From Guillardia theta CCMP2712 (Eukaryota; Protista; Cryptophyta): 64,000 bases of DNA. Below, one piece after another: positions 29,177 through 39,000 of this stretch (position 1 is the stretch's first letter; every line of letters begins with the position of its first letter). The notes beneath the pieces were generated by a model, which worked only from the letters and a program-made list of their open reading frames with translations, made no database searches and was not told the DNA's origin. The stretch is taken from positions 172,229-236,228 of the forward strand of contig NW_005434569.1 in assembly GCF_000315625.1 (NCBI RefSeq), in the 5' to 3' direction. A program made the translations under genes and the position numbers.

Positions 29177-30181
29177 ATGTCTTCTCGACTATCCTCAGAG
29201 GATCTCGCAAACATGGAATCCATGCAACCAGAGAATTTCCAGATTTTCTCGCTGAACGACGAACGCAAAACCGTCGGAGGAAAATCCCTCACTGCCCTTG
29301 CTGACATGGCTTTGAGTCACAACAACTCGGCTGACGCTGCGAGTCTCCATGCCCAGTTCCCGGATGACGCCCTCAGCAACGAGTTTCACAACAACTCGCC
29401 CTCTCCAACCGGTGAACCGGTGCCGGAGCCTGTGGACCCCAACCTGCCTGAGCATCTCAGGCCGTCAGTTCCCCCAGCCCCGGTCCAACCCCCCAAGACA
29501 AACTATGTGCAAGTCGCAAGGGGTTTGAGGGCGGCTTCGGAAGCCCCCCAGGCTACCCCCAACCAGGAGCAGCTGCAATTCATCTTGCAGCAATCAGAGT
29601 GGTTCCAGCAGATGGTTGCCATGGCAGCAAACCAACAGTTGGCCCAGACCATGTCTGGACTGAGCAACATCCCAGGCAACAACATGTTTGTCGCACCACA
29701 ACCACTTCGCGCTTTCGCGCAAGTTGTCCCGGCGACAGACGTTCCTACCACCTCGGTCGAAGCATCATCGTCTACCTCCAAGACGAACAAGAAGAGGGCC
29801 CCTGAAGCTGCAGATCAGAAGCAGGACAACAAGAAGCAACGTGTTGCCAACCCCCACCCTGAGCTGAAGCTTAGCTTCCGCATCGTTTGGAGCCGATTTG
29901 ATTTCAACATCGTCAAGCTTCGTGATTGGATTCAAAAGCATGCCAACAACTCCGCCAAGACCGCCGAAAAGAAGGCTGAGACTCTTGAGAACAAGAAGGA
30001 ACAACTGGAGACACTCAAGAGGGAGATCGAAATCCTTGAGGAATCGACCAACGCTGCCATCAAGAAGGCTGAGAGCCTGAACAACGACTTGGAAGAGACG
30101 AACAGCATCATCAACCGTCTTCCCGGCAAGAGGGACTCCGCCAAGTCAGGCCAGGCTTCCAAGGCTTCCAAGAAGAAGTAG
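29177..30181 (+). CDS. Hypothetical P/Q-rich protein with bipartite NLS-like motif and C-terminal coiled coil
   Basis: KKRAPEAADQKQDNKKQR; heptad K/E-rich tail; TATTTAAG upstream. Confidence 0.8.
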   Translation: MSSRLSSEDLANMESMQPENFQIFSLNDERKTVGGKSLTALADMALSHNNSADAASLHAQFPDDALSNEFHNNSPSPTGEPVPEPVDPNLPEHLRPSVPPAPVQPPKTNYVQVARGLRAASEAPQATPNQEQLQFILQQSEWFQQMVAMAANQQLAQTMSGLSNIPGNNMFVAPQPLRAFAQVVPATDVPTTSVEASSSTSKTNKKRAPEAADQKQDNKKQRVANPHPELKLSFRIVWSRFDFNIVKLRDWIQKHANNSAKTAEKKAETLENKKEQLETLKREIEILEESTNAAIKKAESLNNDLEETNSIINRLPGKRDSAKSGQASKASKKK

Positions 30182-30331
30182 ATCGCTTTGCGATCTTCTG
30201 CCAGTTTCTTTGGAACAAGGGCGAGGCAATTACTCTGGTTTACTGAGATTTGCAAGAATCATAAACCGTTAATCTAACTTTACACAACGTGTCCATGTGT
30301 GATTCAAACAGTTTATTGTGAGAAAAGACAA

Positions 30332-31537
30332 CTACGAGATAGGCATGATGTCATGCTTGCAGAGCGAGGGGAAGTGAGCCTTGCATTTAGCCACAGTGGG
30401 TTCGAGCTTGTCGTACGCCATGGAGAGCTGCACAGACTCGAAATGGCGCTCTCCAGCGTCTGGGTCCAGGAGGCGTGGGAGGTAGTCGAGGATGGGTGTG
30501 TACTCCTCGTTGCATGGGATGAGAGCAAACGCTGGGATCTTGTAGTCCCTCTCTTGTTCTCGCGCGAGCCTGTGCTCCTCTGCCAATGCCTCGAGGCGGT
30601 TCTCCTTGGGCCAGGAAAAGAACGGCTTCTTGCCGGTGATGATCTCCATGATGACACATCCGATGCTCCATGGGATCTCGTTGGAGTTGTCAGACTCGAT
30701 GCCTGCAATTTGATCCTCAGCAGCCGCCGGATCGATGTAATCCAGATCGTTGTGTTCACAGGAGGGGAGGAGGTCGTGGAGCTTGAACTCCAGCGGGACG
30801 AGGCCGTTGTACCTTCCCCAGACCTGCACGACAAACATCTTCGGCAGGTAATACGTGGAGTACTTGGGGAAGCCGCTCTCGGCTCGCTCCAAGATGGAGT
30901 GCACCGCATCCCAGAATGCGTAGGCGTGCATCCAGAGGAAGTCAAACTGGTCCTCGTGCCACTTGCCATTGTCGAGGAGCTGCTTGAAGTTGAAGCCATC
31001 CTCAAACTCCGAGCACAGATGCACGCAGAGCGGGCTGATAGCCCAGCTGTGCAGCGTTGGGATCGCAGGGCTGATCGCAGTCTCAAACGCCTTGAGCTCG
31101 ATCTTGCGCACCCTCTCGTACTGCAGGTCGTAATCCTTCTTGTACGACCGGATGACAAACACGCGCGTCTCCGGCATCTCCTGGCGCTCCTTCTCCATCT
31201 CGTCGTCCGTGTCGTCACGAATGAGATACCGGAAGATGGCACAGGCGGTGTAGTTGTGCGACGTCTTGATCTTCCCCGCAGCACGCTCCTCCTTGCTGAT
31301 CGGGAGCCAGCGCTCGGTGTCGAAGCCGTTCCTCTCGTTCTTGCGCAGGCGAACGACACGGATCGTGCTGCGAGCATCGTCGTGCACGAGCTGCGGGGTT
31401 TCCAGCGGCATGCTATCCTGATCGAACTCAAAGGGCAGCAGGCCGGAGTAGCACTCCTTGTAGAGCTCGAGCTCGGCATCCGTGAGCTGAGCACCCCTGT
31501 CCTTGACGAGGGGTTCGATGTAGGAGAATGGGAGCAT
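30332..31537 (-). CDS. Divergent protein-kinase-like protein (possible pseudokinase)
   Basis: C-lobe motifs PWSIGCVIMEIITGKKPF and LLDPDAGER; no recognisable HRD/DFG. Confidence 0.65.
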   Translation of the reverse strand: MLPFSYIEPLVKDRGAQLTDAELELYKECYSGLLPFEFDQDSMPLETPQLVHDDARSTIRVVRLRKNERNGFDTERWLPISKEERAAGKIKTSHNYTACAIFRYLIRDDTDDEMEKERQEMPETRVFVIRSYKKDYDLQYERVRKIELKAFETAISPAIPTLHSWAISPLCVHLCSEFEDGFNFKQLLDNGKWHEDQFDFLWMHAYAFWDAVHSILERAESGFPKYSTYYLPKMFVVQVWGRYNGLVPLEFKLHDLLPSCEHNDLDYIDPAAAEDQIAGIESDNSNEIPWSIGCVIMEIITGKKPFFSWPKENRLEALAEEHRLAREQERDYKIPAFALIPCNEEYTPILDYLPRLLDPDAGERHFESVQLSMAYDKLEPTVAKCKAHFPSLCKHDIMPIS

Positions 31538-31603
31538 GGGTTTTGGGAGGGCCCCGGGACCCCCTCTCCTTTTAAACCCCCCTCCCCTGCCGTTACGGGG
31601 CGG

Positions 31604-32728
31604 TTACATGACCCTCCCCGTGAGGTCGAGTCGGATCACTGTTCGCTGCCTCCAGCGCAGCAGGTGTGGCTGCCAGGCGTCGAGCAGGTCGACGAGCGGC
31701 GGTCGCCTGGGCGTCACCAAGCCGATCTCGTTCCAACACCGGGCGAGCGCCCCACCACCGGAAGGCCATGGGTGTAGCATGAAGAGCCCGGAATCTATCA
31801 TGTACCTTGCCAGGTACGCATCCCATTGCAGATGCTGCAACCCGTTCTTCTTGAGCGCCTGGAACCGCTGGAAAACCGTCAGGTCTTGGATCTCGAATTC
31901 ATCAACCGCGGTGGGATCGAACTGTGCGTCCTCCTCCGTGGTGCGGGCCATCCATCTGCGGAAGGCCTTCCAGTGCTTGGGTATGGGAGCGAGTGCCTGC
32001 AGCGTTGGCATCTTGTACTTGACCGCGTTGGCGGTGACGGGAACGCTGGAGGAAACATCACCCAGCCCCAGATAATCGATCCCGCGCTCCGTGGGCCTCA
32101 CAAGCGAGATCCCGAAGATCGTCGCGTCGGATCTGAAGTGAGGCAACGCGACCAGGATCCAACGGAGGTAGAAGCGGCTGACCTCGATGTCATCCTCGAG
32201 TATCAGGAAGTAGTCGGTGGAGGAAAGCGGGGTGTACGAGCGTTGCCACATCTGCAATCTCCCCCTCGGTTCGGTCTCCTGCACGTGCTCGAGTGTCCCA
32301 TGCAGCCAGCGCAGCCTGTGCAGAAGGCGTGATGTCTCCGCGCACAGCACACCGCTGCTTGGCATGTCCTGTCTCACGATCAGGTCTATCCTCTCCCCGG
32401 GGCTGTACGTTGCCGAGGTGAGAGAGACAAGCAGCCTCTCCAGGCTCTTCGGGCGATCGCTGGTGAGAACCACAATGGTCAGTGCCGTGGGCCTTGTGCT
32501 GGGCGGATTGGATCGCGGCGCCTCCTCAGCGTCCACCTCCTCCCTCATCCTCCAACCTGGGGGCTTCCCCTGCGGCTTGGCCTGCTGCAGGAAGCTGTTG
32601 AAGTGCGCGATGAAGAAAAGGGTGCTCACAATCATCAGGCCCACTGCGAACATGACGTGATTCCTCGCATACATCCTCATCCTCACCTCCCATGCTGCGT
32701 TCATCCTACCAGTGAAAGCAAGCGCCAT
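31604..32728 (-). CDS. GT-A fold glycosyltransferase (GT2-like), type II membrane
   Basis: TM anchor; IVVLTSDRPKSLERLLVSL; FLILEDDIEVS. Confidence 0.82.
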   Translation of the reverse strand: MALAFTGRMNAAWEVRMRMYARNHVMFAVGLMIVSTLFFIAHFNSFLQQAKPQGKPPGWRMREEVDAEEAPRSNPPSTRPTALTIVVLTSDRPKSLERLLVSLTSATYSPGERIDLIVRQDMPSSGVLCAETSRLLHRLRWLHGTLEHVQETEPRGRLQMWQRSYTPLSSTDYFLILEDDIEVSRFYLRWILVALPHFRSDATIFGISLVRPTERGIDYLGLGDVSSSVPVTANAVKYKMPTLQALAPIPKHWKAFRRWMARTTEEDAQFDPTAVDEFEIQDLTVFQRFQALKKNGLQHLQWDAYLARYMIDSGLFMLHPWPSGGGALARCWNEIGLVTPRRPPLVDLLDAWQPHLLRWRQRTVIRLDLTGRVM

Positions 32729-32852
32729 TTATGTGCTGTCGCAGCGCTGTGCATCGAATCCCCAACGCGAGGATTGGATGGAGAACTCCGAGGCGGGCCG
32801 GGAGGGGAGAAGGGCATATAAACCAGGGGAAGGGCCCGATTCCCCCCAGACC

Positions 32853-33077
32853 ATGAGCCACGCCACGAAACCCTACACTCCCTCCGACCTCGAGCACGAC
32901 GAGGAATTCTGGGAGTGCCTGAAGTGCTGCCTTGACACCGAAGAGAGCAGGCGGCAGATCCAGCTCATCCGGAATATGGCTCGATACTGCATCGAGCACA
33001 GCGACCTCGTAGAAGTGCGAGATGAAGACGAGGATGATGCACCCATCGGTGCAAAGCGAAAGCGAGATAACCAGTGA
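32853..33077 (+). CDS. Small hypothetical protein, 74 aa, acidic with KRKR tail
   Basis: TATAAA at ~32817, AATAAA at ~33086. Confidence 0.7.
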   Translation: MSHATKPYTPSDLEHDEEFWECLKCCLDTEESRRQIQLIRNMARYCIEHSDLVEVRDEDEDDAPIGAKRKRDNQ

Positions 33078-33133
33078 ATGCTTGTAATAAAACCGCGATT
33101 TAAACATGCAACGTTGTGTGATCACACAGGCCT

Positions 33134-34509
33134 ATGCAGGAGGATGAGAGCACCTTCGCCCTCCGCTGCCCCGACACGATGCAGCTCAACCTCCGCAACC
33201 ACTTGCACAGGCTCAGGCCCTGGGCTATGCCAGCCTTCCTAGATGTCAACTCGACCAAGAATTACTTCAAAGTGGCTGCGGCAGAATGGGACGAGTTCCT
33301 CGCTGTCATGCAGCGCACGGCAATCGACGGGGCGCTGTTCCGCAAGTGCATCAAGGGATGGATCACGCAGCAATCCACACCTGGGAGATTCATCTGTGTG
33401 GTCTGTGGCAGGCCCTCCATCGTCGACCTCTCCGCGATGCAGGTTGAAACAGAGGGGAACGGATGCGGGGTCTGCATCTGCTGCATCAACATGGGTGGCC
33501 TTACCCCGCCGGGCTTCACCGACCACGCTGTGAATAACATGTTCTTCATCCAGGCGCAGAAGGAGCTTGCCGCTCTGTATCCCAACATGAACATATCGCT
33601 GCAGATCGACTCACAGGTGCAGGGTGCGGAGGTGGGCCACCTCTCCCGGCCTGACGCGACGCTGTTCTTCGAGTACAACTCACAGGCCACCGTGGTCTAC
33701 GTCGAGTGCGACCCCGGCATGAAGCAGATCCGGCAGCAGGCCATCCGTGACAAGGATCTCCTCAAAATCCAGCAGCTCTACAAGCCCACCACGACCACCA
33801 CCCTGACGGTCATGATCCGGTACGATCCAAAGATCGACAGCAGGATCAATCACAGCAGCAACCTGTTCCGCTCTCTCTGGGAGATCATCCACAGCATTGC
33901 AGACACCGCGTTCAACGGGCACAACTCATCGGTCGTTCGGAAGACCGGCCGCGTGTTCCTCAACTATGACTTTGGCACCTTCAATAAGTTCGGTTACCGC
34001 ATGCAGGGCCTGGATGACTGCTTGTCGAATATCCTCTCACCTCTGCAACAGAACGGATACGCAGAGGCTGTCTGCAACCCCATACCGCAGTATGACGTAA
34101 AAGATATCGACCCCTGCAGCAACATCGATTTCTACAAGCACAAGCAGGTCTGGCTGCAGGTTGCCACCGACGTGCACATGAATCCGTTCTTCATCGCCTT
34201 TGCAGGATCCAACATGAGGATCGGGAGGGTGAATGGGAATTCCACACCGCCTGCAATTCACCCAATGCCACAGTGCCCGTGCGATACCTGCACGGATTCA
34301 ACTCTCTGCAGAACACCGTGCAGCTCGACCCTTTCACCATCCGGATGGGAAAAGGGCTGCTGGTGCAGGCACTCCTCGTCCAGAGGCACGGCATACTGTC
34401 GACATACGACGCAAGGCACCTGCTCCCCACCCGCGCCAACGGGCCCAGGAAGAGGGGGGCAAGATCGAAGAGAGTCAGGAACGTTGATGATGAAGAAGAC
34501 GACGTTTAA
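33134..34509 (+). CDS. Zn-finger plus PD-(D/E)xK-like endonuclease candidate, apparent 1-nt frameshift at ~34260
   Basis: CVVC...CICC; SRPD...VVYVECD; GC3-rich codon use switches to frame of ORF 34273-34509 after CACCCAAT. Confidence 0.55.
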
Positions 34510-34516
34510 TTCACGT

Positions 34517-34786
34517 TCAAACGAACTGAATCTGCAAGGCATGGCAGAGTCCGATGTACATCATACTGCGTTCGTAGACGGCGAGAAACTCCATTGGATC
34601 GTACTCGGTGTTCAGAGTGTAAAACTCGAGCAACATCCTGTTGTACTTCAAGCACTCGGCACGGATGCGGAGCCTCTCCAGGATCCTGTCGTTCTCCGGT
34701 AGGATCACATGAACCTGCAGGTACCTTGCAATCTTGTATTGGATCGCCTGGAAGCGATTGAGGTCATAGAGCATAAAGCGAAACAT
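34517..34786 (-). CDS. Hypothetical protein, 89 aa
   Basis: TATTTAAG upstream (~34817-34824); converges on stop 34509. Confidence 0.6.
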   Translation of the reverse strand: MFRFMLYDLNRFQAIQYKIARYLQVHVILPENDRILERLRIRAECLKYNRMLLEFYTLNTEYDPMEFLAVYERSMMYIGLCHALQIQFV

Positions 34787-34928
34787 TGCACTTGCGTGGC
34801 CCCCACCGAGGTGGGCTTAAATATCACCCATTTGACTGATGAGATGCGGCCCTATAGAGTTCCCGCCAAGCCCGTCCCTCTCGAATTGAATAAATCCCAC
34901 GGCCACGGGCCTCGCGGAAAAAGAACGC

Positions 34929-35765
34929 ATGGCCACCACGGCGATCGACCAATGCACGCAATCCAAGGAGCGCGTGATGAACTTCATGCAGATGGAGAAC
35001 GTCGACCATTCCATGCTGCTCCTCGCGTTGGTTCCCCAGAGCAAGCTGCAGATCTGTCCTCTGTTCGGCTTCAGCATCGAGGGCAAGACGTATGGCATGC
35101 GCATGCATCCACTGTTCCCGGTCCTGCTGCTGGATCAGTTTGACGAAGGCATGGTCGACAAGACTTCCCGCATGGTCAAGAAGGAGTACCACCCTATGAT
35201 CCGTGAGCTGTTTGCTGAGGCCTGCAAGGAGTCGCCGCTGGTCAACTGCTGGTTCCCCTGCCCGCCCCCGATCTCGGTGTACGGCGAGGATATCCGATGC
35301 CTGTGCGTCAAGTTCTCCACCAACATCACAGACAAGGACCTCATTCAAAGACTCATGCACATGCTGATCAATGTTCTAAGCTCCTTCAAGACACCCCTCC
35401 CTCCCGCTATCTTTGTGAGGACCATGGAACTGTGTGGCAACGTAACCCTGCACACAAGCCTGCTGATGAGACAATCACAGTGCGAGGAGGTGCACAACAT
35501 GCTAGTCAACCATGCTTTCAAACAGAGGGATGGCGAAACACTGAGCATATGCATGAACCCCTACATACCTTTCATCCGCACCGGCGGCAAGACGACAAGG
35601 GTCACGGACTATCTCCTGCAAACGTCATGCCAGGAGGGAGTGTCACCTGAGTGTCTTCGCAGCTTCGACTACGAGCAAGAGCGATTCCAAGACGCGGAAT
35701 ACATCATGCAGCTGCCTGTGGATGCGTCAGCCATGGCTCCGTACCTGAACTTCCTGCAGTTCTGA
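34929..35765 (+). CDS. Hypothetical protein, 278 aa
   Basis: ATG ORF with viral codon bias; AATAAA at ~35790. Confidence 0.8.
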   Translation: MATTAIDQCTQSKERVMNFMQMENVDHSMLLLALVPQSKLQICPLFGFSIEGKTYGMRMHPLFPVLLLDQFDEGMVDKTSRMVKKEYHPMIRELFAEACKESPLVNCWFPCPPPISVYGEDIRCLCVKFSTNITDKDLIQRLMHMLINVLSSFKTPLPPAIFVRTMELCGNVTLHTSLLMRQSQCEEVHNMLVNHAFKQRDGETLSICMNPYIPFIRTGGKTTRVTDYLLQTSCQEGVSPECLRSFDYEQERFQDAEYIMQLPVDASAMAPYLNFLQF

Positions 35766-35866
35766 CTTGCATTGCATCTTAAATACACGAATAAACCGCT
35801 GATCCGATACTGTGCCCACGCGTGATCCCTCGCATAAAAACACCCCGACATCAACCGTGCAAAACC

Positions 35867-36340
35867 ATGCTCATCAGCGGCATCGCCAACCCTGCCGGGG
35901 AGACCGAGGGATACAACGGGCTGCACCTCAAGGACGGGGAGATCGACGAGATCATCAGCGGCAGGCAGATGATCGGCATCCCCGTCAAGATCGAGCACAA
36001 GGGCGTCGGTGTCGGCACCGTGGTCTCGGCATTCAAGGATGAACAGGGCAGGCTGAACTGCATACTGGACATCACCGACGATGAGATCGAGGGCGCGATC
36101 GCACAGCAGTGGGTGCGGGACAACACGGCCAGCGAGCTCTCGCTGGGTTACACCGTCGACATCAACCAGTCCGAGCCGCAGGGCAGGCTCTCCGCGGGGA
36201 GGAAGAAGGTGCTCGAGGTCAGCCTCGTCAGGAAGGGTGCGAGGAAGGGCTGCCACATCTACAGCCACCCAGGGAAGCACCCGCCTGGCGACCCCGGGTT
36301 GATCAAAGACTGGCGCGAGGCTTTCGGCCACCCCTTCTGA
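35867..36340 (+). CDS. Capsid maturation protease (assemblin/HK97 prohead protease fold)
   Basis: PVKIEH..VGTV (His), ELSLGY (nucleophile Ser), EVSLVRKGARKGCHI (oxyanion loop, cf. herpes HVALC..GRR); CATAAAAA upstream. Confidence 0.88.
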   Translation: MLISGIANPAGETEGYNGLHLKDGEIDEIISGRQMIGIPVKIEHKGVGVGTVVSAFKDEQGRLNCILDITDDEIEGAIAQQWVRDNTASELSLGYTVDINQSEPQGRLSAGRKKVLEVSLVRKGARKGCHIYSHPGKHPPGDPGLIKDWREAFGHPF

Positions 36341-36408
36341 GGGTGCATAAAAGCAAAACCTCGCCCGGTCCCGCGCGCCCCCCATCCCCCACGCCCAGGG
36401 TCCCACGC

Positions 36409-37071
36409 ATGTCGAAATACATCGAGAGCGAGCCAGAGGAGGACGACGAGGATGACTGTCACGATTCCGAGAACGAGGAGGACAGGGCATTCATCAATGA
36501 CGACGCCGAGGATGACAACGACATGTCGGTATACCGCGAGCACCAGAGCGATTGCGACGAGGACAGCACAGTGGAGCTGCGCAAGATCACCAGCAGGATG
36601 ATCCGCGGGCACCAACCCATGGAGGACGACTGGATCTCCGACGAGGAGGACGAGCCCGATGGCTACATCTACGACTTTGGGATCAAGAACCAGAAAAGCA
36701 CCAAGCAGCGCGAGGATCTCCTCAGGCAGGCCGTCAAGGAGGATGAACGCGCCCTCTTCGTGAAAAGCACAAAGGAAACCACACACTCTTTCCAGAGGCC
36801 CGTGATCGAGAGGGTATCGAAACCGCTGCCTGCCAAGCCCACTGAGACAGAGCTCAAGCCCCGACAGTTCAGCTTTATCCAGGACTTAGAGGAGAGCGAG
36901 AGGAAGAAGAGACTCAAAGACAACGCGGCAAGCCTCGCAAAGACCCTCAGCAAGGAGAGGGAGAAGGTCCACCGCAGGCTCACCGCACCGCCACGCAAGG
37001 CAGTCGTCAAGAAGCCCCTTGTCGCTGAGAAGGGGGATAAGAGCATTAAGGAGTTCTTCACTAAAATTTAA
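36409..37071 (+). CDS. Hypothetical protein with very acidic N-half and basic C-half
   Basis: CATAAAAG and C-rich leader; MSKYIESEPEEDDEDD...; ends SIKEFFTKI (PIP-box-like). Confidence 0.78.
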   Translation: MSKYIESEPEEDDEDDCHDSENEEDRAFINDDAEDDNDMSVYREHQSDCDEDSTVELRKITSRMIRGHQPMEDDWISDEEDEPDGYIYDFGIKNQKSTKQREDLLRQAVKEDERALFVKSTKETTHSFQRPVIERVSKPLPAKPTETELKPRQFSFIQDLEESERKKRLKDNAASLAKTLSKEREKVHRRLTAPPRKAVVKKPLVAEKGDKSIKEFFTKI

Positions 37072-38026
37072 TCGGAAGCCGACCACCCACCCTGACTCCA
37101 AAGCGATGTATACGTATGTTGCTTGAGATAATCGCCCCCGCTATTTCCACACAGATCCGAAAGTCCATGTCATCCCGGATATCCCGCAGAGTCTGCAACG
37201 CATGCTGTACCACATCATCATTCAAGTCATCGCAAGATTCTAACCTGTCCAAGAGTTCACGGGGCTGAAACCCAGCATATTGTTCCAGGTTATGTCGCAA
37301 TCTCTGCATCAGTACATTCTTGTGTGCTATCAGCTGTCTCTCTGTCAGGGTATTGTCGAACATGGTTTGAGCCATTTGGACGAATCTCTGGATGTTGATA
37401 TACACAATCCTGCTGAATATCTTCATGCTCTGGATGACCAGAGGCTTGTTGCTCTGTACTAGGATAGAGGCCTGTCGATTGTAATCGTCGAGCAGTTCAG
37501 AGTTATAATCATGGACATATCTAAGGTTGTCTCGAGTAGACCTGAAGTGATCAGATACGCCGCTTGCATCGGATTCATCGTACAACCTCTGTAACTCATC
37601 CCTCATGCTGTGAAGACTATTATCTTGTCGATCCATGTTGACAATAACACTCATCAAGGTCACCGGAATGTATCCGATCAACATCATAAACTGGCGGTTG
37701 CTGTGAATGATTCTTGACACACTTCGAAGCACAGAGGACATCCTCCCCCCTTCCCGTTGTTCCTCATCATGCTTGAATCTGGTCAAAACAGAGATCACAT
37801 GCGGGTCCGTGTATTCCGACGTCAAGAAAAGATGCATGCAAAAATCCGTGCTCAGATAAGGCAAACTATTTTTCTGTCGCACATCGTACAAGCGACCGAA
37901 AAACCTTGACTTGAGGGTGTGGTATAGGCGCAACACTTCATTGCGATCGTCCTCACTCATGGCATCGAAACCATCGAACCGCTCTTCGGGTTGGGGCTCT
38001 ATCACAACCTCGGCCATTTTGGCCAT
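37061..38026 (-). CDS. Hypothetical helical protein, ~321 aa, lower GC than neighbours
   Basis: Long ORF; TATTTAA upstream of ATG 38026. Confidence 0.75.
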   Translation of the reverse strand: MAKMAEVVIEPQPEERFDGFDAMSEDDRNEVLRLYHTLKSRFFGRLYDVRQKNSLPYLSTDFCMHLFLTSEYTDPHVISVLTRFKHDEEQREGGRMSSVLRSVSRIIHSNRQFMMLIGYIPVTLMSVIVNMDRQDNSLHSMRDELQRLYDESDASGVSDHFRSTRDNLRYVHDYNSELLDDYNRQASILVQSNKPLVIQSMKIFSRIVYINIQRFVQMAQTMFDNTLTERQLIAHKNVLMQRLRHNLEQYAGFQPRELLDRLESCDDLNDDVVQHALQTLRDIRDDMDFRICVEIAGAIISSNIRIHRFGVRVGGRLPIKF

Positions 38027-38052
38027 GCCATCCTCCCTGTGTATTAAATAGG

Positions 38053-38376
38053 TTACATCTCTCGCAATCGGCTCCGCAACAAATACAGAACCTCTCCAAA
38101 CCGATACTGCCTGTACGCCAACCATCTCACATACGTTATCTCTCGATCTATATCAACATTGGGTTGCTGCATGTGATCATGCGATGATTGTATCAAAAAT
38201 TTACAATTGTTCAAGAAATGTTGGGTCCTGGGGATCTCCGCCTCAATCTGTTGACGAGTGGCATTTTCAAGGAAATTCATCGCAATCGCCGTACCATCGT
38301 TCTTTGCTGCGGTTTCAATGTCTATCAATGGTCCCCCAGGGACCCTGATTGGCCAATCACTGTATCGAATCGCCAT
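38053..38376 (-). CDS. Hypothetical protein, ~107 aa
   Basis: TATTTAAA upstream (~38403-38410). Confidence 0.6.
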   Translation of the reverse strand: MAIRYSDWPIRVPGGPLIDIETAAKNDGTAIAMNFLENATRQQIEAEIPRTQHFLNNCKFLIQSSHDHMQQPNVDIDREITYVRWLAYRQYRFGEVLYLLRSRLREM

Positions 38377-38442
38377 TGTGCTCAAAAATGATCATCTTTA
38401 TCTTTAAATATTTCATTACAAGGGTAATTCTACAAGCTTTAA

Positions 38443-38874
38443 TCAATGAATCATTTCAAAGGGATCATAATTAAAGTTGAGCTTTAGAGCCTCTAGCTGT
38501 GTCTCGTACCTCTTGACCAAGAAAGGGACGATCTTCGTCTCGAGCTCCTCCACCTCATGCCTGATGTCCTCATGCCTTATAGACATACCTATGTCTCCTT
38601 CGTGCTCGTACAACGGAGGGCTGTATTTTGTGTTTGGTGGTGGGAAGAAGGGCCTACCATCTGGATAGATCTCCCGTGTCACATTCTCGCGCTCCTGAAG
38701 ATCTGCAACTCCCTTCTTGCGCTGCAAGGCGTGCTCAATCTTGGCGTTGACCCTGCTCTCGTGCTCCTGCCACATGTCAAAGTAGGTGATGGCATAGATG
38801 ATGCGGTCTCGGATGTAAGTGAGATAGACTCTCTTCTCACTCGATGGCATATAGGGGTAAGCTGTACAGAACAT
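38443..38874 (-). CDS. Hypothetical protein, 143 aa
   Basis: TATAAA upstream (~38912-38917), ATTAAA at stop. Confidence 0.7.
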   Translation of the reverse strand: MFCTAYPYMPSSEKRVYLTYIRDRIIYAITYFDMWQEHESRVNAKIEHALQRKKGVADLQERENVTREIYPDGRPFFPPPNTKYSPPLYEHEGDIGMSIRHEDIRHEVEELETKIVPFLVKRYETQLEALKLNFNYDPFEMIH

Positions 38875-39000
38875 TGCGTGCCGGGCAGGAGACAGGAAGC
38901 GGGGCTGGAAATTTATAGACTACCTCAGGGAAAAAGGCAACGTTTCGAATTGTTGCGCTCTCGGCAAGAGTTCGTGGGATGGGAACTTAGCTGCAAACCC

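Noticed and set aside
34229-34273. Intron explaining the frame change in the nuclease-like gene
   Set aside because: The GT...CAG interval is 45 nt and would preserve, not shift, the frame.
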